DNA of 32,000 bases from Psychrobacter cryohalolentis K5 (GTDB lineage Bacteria; Pseudomonadota; Gammaproteobacteria; Pseudomonadales; Moraxellaceae), in NCBI RefSeq assembly GCF_000013905.1, contig NC_007969.1:330001-362000 (forward strand), in the 5' to 3' direction. The position numbers and the translations under genes were made by a program. Below the pieces are notes generated by a model, which did no database searches, was not told the origin of the DNA, and was given only the letters and a program-made list of their open reading frames with translations. The stretch's first letter is position 1; each line of letters begins with the position of its first letter. Of the stretch, positions 27,613 through 32,000 are shown in pieces.

Positions 27613-28752
27613 ATGATTGAAAACTGGACAAAAGAATTTATTATTCAGCGTTTGCTGGCAATCACCTTATTGGTCGTGCTGTTTGTGCTGTGTTTTCAAG
27701 TGGTGCAGTTTTTTATTGTACCGGCACTGTGGGCAGCGATTTTGGCGTATGTGACTTTTCCTATTTATAACTTTTTTCATCAAAGAGTCAGATTTAGCTC
27801 AAATTTTAGTGCAGCGATTATGACCGTCAGTATTACTTTGATGATAGGCGTGCCCTTGGTAGCCGGTATTTTTATCTTACAGCAAGAAGCGTTAAGCCTG
27901 ATCAGTAATTTGGTCTATCGTATTAAAGTGGGTTATCTGGACGTGCCTGATTCTGTCAAAGATTTGCCGATAATAGGACAGCAGGTCAAAGATGTGCTTT
28001 GGCGCATCAATAAAAACCCTGAAGGGACGCTAGAGGCGTTTCGTCTTTGGGTACAGTCACATCTGTACTACGGAAAAATTGCCTTTGACGTCGTGTTCAG
28101 CAGTCTTGCCAAACTTGGTATGGCGCTTATGACGTTGTTCTTCTTTTATCGCGATGGCACCAGTTTGGTTCGCCAAATTCGACAAGCGCTGCGTAATATT
28201 ATCGGTAATCGTATCGACGGTTATATTGACTCTGTCGGTACTACCACGCGTGCGGTGGTTTACGGTATCGGTCTGACAGCATTAGCACAGGCATTGCTTG
28301 CTGGTATCGGCTATTATTTTGCCAGTGCACCGAGTCCTATTTTAATGACGATTGTAACGTTTATCATTGCTCTCATTCCATTTGGTACGCCATTTGTTTG
28401 GGGCGGTGTCTCACTTTGGTTATTGAGCCAAGGGCATACGGTTGAAGGTATCGGCTTAGCACTGTGGGGTATTTTAGTGATTAGCTGGGTTGATAACCTT
28501 ATACGTCCGATTGTTATTAGCGGTGCGACCAAAATTCCTTTTATTATTATCTTTATTGGGGTGTTGGGCGGTCTGACGGCTTTTGGTTTTGTGGGTTTAT
28601 TTATTGGTCCTGTGGTACTAGCAATCGGACTTGCGGTATGGCGTGAATGGATATCACAGCATAAAAATGATCTGTTTGCCCAACAAGAAGAGCTGGATCA
28701 AGGTAAAAGTTTGATTAAAGTGGATCAGCCGAGCCAAGACACACTTTTATAA
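27613..28752 (+). CDS. AI-2E family transporter (PerM/YhhT, UPF0118)
   Basis: About 379 aa with 8 predicted TM helices. The conserved C-terminal region FIIALIPFGTPFVWGGVSLWLL...NLIRPIVISGATKIPFIIIFIGVLGGL is typical of UPF0118. ATG at 27613 is preferred over TTG at 27604. Confidence 0.85.
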   Translation: MIENWTKEFIIQRLLAITLLVVLFVLCFQVVQFFIVPALWAAILAYVTFPIYNFFHQRVRFSSNFSAAIMTVSITLMIGVPLVAGIFILQQEALSLISNLVYRIKVGYLDVPDSVKDLPIIGQQVKDVLWRINKNPEGTLEAFRLWVQSHLYYGKIAFDVVFSSLAKLGMALMTLFFFYRDGTSLVRQIRQALRNIIGNRIDGYIDSVGTTTRAVVYGIGLTALAQALLAGIGYYFASAPSPILMTIVTFIIALIPFGTPFVWGGVSLWLLSQGHTVEGIGLALWGILVISWVDNLIRPIVISGATKIPFIIIFIGVLGGLTAFGFVGLFIGPVVLAIGLAVWREWISQHKNDLFAQQEELDQGKSLIKVDQPSQDTLL

Positions 28753-28835
28753 GCGCTTTTATAGTAAAGAATCATCTAAAGCGCTTCAAGTCATATATAA
28801 GATTATCTATATTCAATGAGACGGTAGCGAATACG

Positions 28836-30017
28836 ATGAAAAACAAGGTAGATACGATGAAAAATCTCACTATTGTGGCTGATAGTAATATCGCAAGCCT
28901 TGATGAGTTCTTTAATCCTGTAGCGCTGGGTCAAAATACTGAGCAACAGGTGCAGGTCATACGTGTTGCTGGTCGTGATATCAATGCACAATTAATGGCA
29001 GATGTGCAGCCTGACGTTTTGTTGATACGCTCTGTCACTTCAATAAATGAATCACTATTAAGTGATAATAATAGCGTCAAATTCGTTGGTTCTGCGACCA
29101 TTGGTACTGACCATGTCGATCAAGAATATTTGGCAGAACGCAATATTACCTTTGCCAATGCCGCTGGCTGTAGCAAGCATTCAGTCGCACAATACGTAGT
29201 GACTGCTATATTAACTTTACGCCCACAGTATTGGCAGCAATCCACGAAGCCATTAACAGTGGGCATCATCGGACTTGGTAATATCGGTAGTACGCTAGCT
29301 CAGTATGCCAATGATTTAGGCTGGAAAATATTGGGTTATGACCCTTTATTAGCCACATCCGATATCAATAACGCTAGTCTTGAGCAGGTATTGAGCCAAA
29401 GCGACATAGTAAGTTTACATGTTCCTTTAACGGATAAAAAAGATACGGATGCGCAAGATGCAGTTAGCAACAGCATTAGCAATAATGTCAGCGATTATCC
29501 AACGCGTCATTTAATTAATGCAGAAACTTTGACACTGATGTCGCCGCATACTATGCTGATTAATAGTGCGCGCGGACCTGTGATTGATGCCGCTGCCCTC
29601 GAAGCCGATATCGATGCGACTGAACGCCAAGTGGTATTGGATGTGTTTGAACATGAGCCGCAGATTTCTGAGAGTTTGCTATCAAAGCTTGCTATTGCCA
29701 CTCCGCATATTGCTGGTTATACCTTAGAAGGTAAGCTGCGTGGCACGCAAATTATTTATGATGCCTTATGTGAAAAATTGGCAGTACTACCTGTATTATC
29801 GATGCATCAGTTACTACCACTCAATACTTATCTATGGTTTGAGCTAAAAGAACATCCAGACAGATTGCAAAAGTTTTATGACATTAAAAAAGACGATGCG
29901 GCATTAAGAAATAAAATAACCAACGGTAAAGTTAAAGGTTCAGATTTTGATCAGTTACGCCGTGATTACCATCTGCGCCGTGAATGGCAAGCACAAACAA
30001 TCAGTGTGACTATTTAA
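28836..30017 (+). CDS. pdxB: Erythronate-4-phosphate dehydrogenase
   Basis: D-2-hydroxyacid dehydrogenase fold (GIIGLGNIGSTLA, NSARGPVID, TPHIAGYT) plus the PdxB-specific C-terminal dimerisation domain. An alternative start lies at 28857 (MKNLTIVAD). Confidence 0.85.
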   Translation: MKNKVDTMKNLTIVADSNIASLDEFFNPVALGQNTEQQVQVIRVAGRDINAQLMADVQPDVLLIRSVTSINESLLSDNNSVKFVGSATIGTDHVDQEYLAERNITFANAAGCSKHSVAQYVVTAILTLRPQYWQQSTKPLTVGIIGLGNIGSTLAQYANDLGWKILGYDPLLATSDINNASLEQVLSQSDIVSLHVPLTDKKDTDAQDAVSNSISNNVSDYPTRHLINAETLTLMSPHTMLINSARGPVIDAAALEADIDATERQVVLDVFEHEPQISESLLSKLAIATPHIAGYTLEGKLRGTQIIYDALCEKLAVLPVLSMHQLLPLNTYLWFELKEHPDRLQKFYDIKKDDAALRNKITNGKVKGSDFDQLRRDYHLRREWQAQTISVTI

Positions 30018-30056
30018 TTATCTGTTTTTACGATTTATGAGGCACTGTCACCAGTC

Positions 30057-31079
30057 ATGAGTAAAGCCAATAGTCAGCCTTTATCTAATCTAAGCTATGC
30101 CCCAACGATGACCTTTGCAATGGCGCAGCAGCGTGCAAAATTAATGAGTGTCATTCGTCAGTTTTTTGCTATGCGTCAAGTATTAGAAGTGCAGACGCCG
30201 CTATTATCGCAAGCAGGCAATACCGATACCTTTTTGCAATCCGTAGCCGCACAGGTCACGTATCAAGACAAACCTTGTACTTATTATCTGCATACGTCAC
30301 CTGAGTTTGCCATGAAGCGTTTGCTTGCCAGCTGGCAGGTGCCCATTTATCAAATCTGTCCGGTCTTTCGAGATAATGAGATCGGGGCGCGCCACAATAT
30401 CGAATTCACCATGCTTGAATGGTATCAGCCAAATTATAGTCTGGATGGTCTGGCAGCAGAGCTTGGTGAATTATTAGAGATGGTCTATGGTCATCCGATA
30501 ATCATGAGTCATTATCGCTACGTTGATGCTTTTATGGATTTTGTTGGTATTCACCCGCTGACCGCCAGTCTAGCAGCATTACAAGCCGTGGCAGAAGACA
30601 AAGATCTGATAGGATTTGATTTTAATAGTGCAGAGAGCTGCGATAGCGAACAAGACCGTCGTCAAAGCTGGCTGGATTTACTATTTAGCCATGCTGTTGA
30701 GCCAAATTTGGGTCACGATTTGCCGACATTGATTATTGAATATCCGCCTGCAACAGCTGCTTTAGCAAAAACCGCTATTGATAAAGAGGGGAATAAAGTC
30801 GCCAAACGTTTTGAGCTGTATATCAAAGGAATCGAGATTGCCAACGCTTATGATGAGTTAGCAGACGGGCAGGCGTTAAGGGAACGGTTTGAACAGGACA
30901 ACAAATTGAGAGGGCGTCATAACTTGCCACAAATGCCTATTGATGAGCACTTAATAGCAGCGTCTGATGATTTGATACCTTGTAGCGGGATTGCTGTCGG
31001 TTTAGATAGGCTGCTGATGGTATTGACAGATGCAACGAGCTTAGAAGAAGTTATCTCATTTCCTAGTGGTTCGGCTTAG
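30057..31079 (+). CDS. epmA: Elongation factor P (R)-beta-lysine ligase (PoxA/GenX, truncated class II LysRS paralogue)
   Basis: 340 aa. RAKLMSVIRQFFAMRQVLEVQTPLLSQ (motif 1), CPVFRDNEIGARHNIEFTMLEWY (motif 2) and GIAVGLDRLLM (motif 3). It has no anticodon-binding domain. Confidence 0.88.
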   Translation: MSKANSQPLSNLSYAPTMTFAMAQQRAKLMSVIRQFFAMRQVLEVQTPLLSQAGNTDTFLQSVAAQVTYQDKPCTYYLHTSPEFAMKRLLASWQVPIYQICPVFRDNEIGARHNIEFTMLEWYQPNYSLDGLAAELGELLEMVYGHPIIMSHYRYVDAFMDFVGIHPLTASLAALQAVAEDKDLIGFDFNSAESCDSEQDRRQSWLDLLFSHAVEPNLGHDLPTLIIEYPPATAALAKTAIDKEGNKVAKRFELYIKGIEIANAYDELADGQALRERFEQDNKLRGRHNLPQMPIDEHLIAASDDLIPCSGIAVGLDRLLMVLTDATSLEEVISFPSGSA

Positions 31080-31131
31080 TCGCTCTTTGATAGATTCAAC
31101 ATAGTCGCCACTTATTTAACAAGACTATTAG

Positions 31132-31169
31132 AAAAAAGCGAGTAAGCCTTTTGACTTACTCGCTTTTTT
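31132..31169. terminator. Bidirectional terminator between epmA and the oxidoreductase gene
   Basis: Stem gcgagtaag (31138..31146) pairs with cttactcgc (31155..31163). It is flanked by a 6-A run and a 6-T run. Confidence 0.8.
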
Positions 31170-31209
31170 GTCTGTCCTTTTATTTAGAACTAACTAGTAC
31201 GGGGCGCCA

Positions 31210-31848
31210 TTATAATTTTGCAATAGCCTCAGCAATGTTTGTCTCACCATTATGCATACTAAATACGGTGTTAATGCTATTGTCTGCATTAAGTACAGCC
31301 GCTAGCGTAGTTGCGACATCTTCGATTGAGTTCTCACCAGAATTATCATCATTGATGGTAATTTTTCCAGTAGCGGCTCGCTCTTTTAACGCTCCTGCTT
31401 GTACGATGGTGTAATCCAGACTGCTATTATGGATTAACCACTGATCAGCATAATGCTTGCAGATATAGTATTCTTTTAAATTTTCAATAGCTAAACTGTC
31501 CCATTTACTGGTGTCTAATGAAAAGACAGTACTTAGCATGATATAGCGCTTAATGCCTTTGTCATCTGCGGCTTGCATGGTTTTGACCGCCCCATGTAAA
31601 TCTACTTCTAAGACGTCTTTGCCGCCAGAACCGGCGACGAAATATACGGCATCGATATCTTGCTCAATTTGCTGTTGAATTGCATCCTTGTTTGCAGTGA
31701 TATCCAAATCTAATTGGCTATAATTATCGTCATTAAACAATCTTTCTTCCTGACGGGTGGTACCGATCACTTGGTGGTTATCTGCTAATAGTTGCTTAAC
31801 CAAATCAGTACCCACTCGACCACTTGCGCCAATTACTAAAATTTTCAT
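31210..31848 (-). CDS. NAD(P)H-binding atypical SDR / NmrA-like oxidoreductase
   Basis: MKILVIGASGRVGTDLVKQLL Rossmann motif, about 212 aa. ATG at 31848 with aggaa upstream. The ORF-track start at 31935 adds 29 residues. Confidence 0.8.
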   Translation of the reverse strand: MKILVIGASGRVGTDLVKQLLADNHQVIGTTRQEERLFNDDNYSQLDLDITANKDAIQQQIEQDIDAVYFVAGSGGKDVLEVDLHGAVKTMQAADDKGIKRYIMLSTVFSLDTSKWDSLAIENLKEYYICKHYADQWLIHNSSLDYTIVQAGALKERAATGKITINDDNSGENSIEDVATTLAAVLNADNSINTVFSMHNGETNIAEAIAKL

Positions 31849-31922
31849 AATCATTCCTGTTGTTATCTGCTTTATCGTAATTTTAAAACGTATTGTCTTA
31901 AACGTTGAATATAGCGTAACAA

Positions 31923-31958
31923 GAAAAATCGGCACGCTTCGTTATGAAGCGTGCCGAT
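31923..31958 (-). terminator. Intrinsic terminator for a minus-strand gene lying beyond the window end
   Basis: 13-bp stem atcggcacgcttc (31928..31940) pairs with gaagcgtgccgat (31946..31958). The A-run at 31924..31928 gives a U-run on the minus strand. A minus-strand reading frame ends with a stop at 31975..31973 just upstream, but too little is visible to call a CDS. Confidence 0.65.
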
Positions 31959-32000
31959 TGCATAGTGTTTGGTTATAGAGTGTATACGGTTTGCAAGGAA

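Noticed and set aside
13477-31935. Long N-terminal extensions in the ORF track, with starts at 13477, 15217, 15479, 16119, 18185, 19383, 22551, 26949, 27604 and 31935.
   Set aside because: In each case an internal ATG with a better Shine-Dalgarno and/or the expected family N-terminus (signal peptide, Rossmann motif, Fur or RnfH N-terminus) lies downstream. The extension adds non-homologous residues or overlaps the neighbouring gene.
1-32000. Search for CRISPR arrays, tRNA/rRNA/tmRNA genes, transposases, integrases, phage genes or defence-system genes.
   Set aside because: No regularly spaced direct repeats, no tRNA T-arm-type motifs in the intergenic regions, and no ORFs with nuclease, methylase, recombinase or ATPase-defence signatures were seen. 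Every ORF longer than 200 aa is explained by a housekeeping family.

Overview
This window looks like a conserved core-chromosome segment of an AT-rich gammaproteobacterium. Gene content and order point to Moraxellaceae, Psychrobacter-like, but that placement is an inference and no database was searched. I support 25 protein-coding genes, one of them partial at the window start. In order they are: two adjacent DUF2382 (YsnF/AvaK-type) stress-like proteins, thiolase, hom, dsbC, a DUF808 membrane protein, a very long rne, rluC, a HAD hydrolase, engB, cytochrome c5, dihaem cytochrome c4, an orphan polytopic membrane protein, rnfH, bamE, fur, pilU, pilT, yggS, a CorC/HlyC-type transporter, glutamine-dependent nadE, an AI-2E family permease, pdxB, epmA and a small NAD(P)-binding oxidoreductase. 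Many ORF-track entries carry spurious N-terminal extensions, and I give trimmed starts for those. About a dozen intrinsic terminators are visible, most of them bidirectional between convergent genes. I found no tRNA or rRNA genes, CRISPR arrays, transposases, integrases, phage genes or recognisable defence genes, and no convincing multi-gene novel system. The leads worth a second look are modest: (1) the roughly 950-aa disordered tail of RNase E; (2) the 1.2-kb rne-rluC intergenic region, which contains a GC-richer block; (3) a perfect 24-bp-arm hairpin with a 19-codon hydrophobic mini-ORF upstream of cytochrome c5; (4) a degenerate NSS-like membrane protein where ratA normally precedes rnfH; (5) the tandem PRC-barrel/DUF2382 genes; (6) an unexplained 0.77-kb nadE-permease intergenic region with an 18-bp perfect palindrome.
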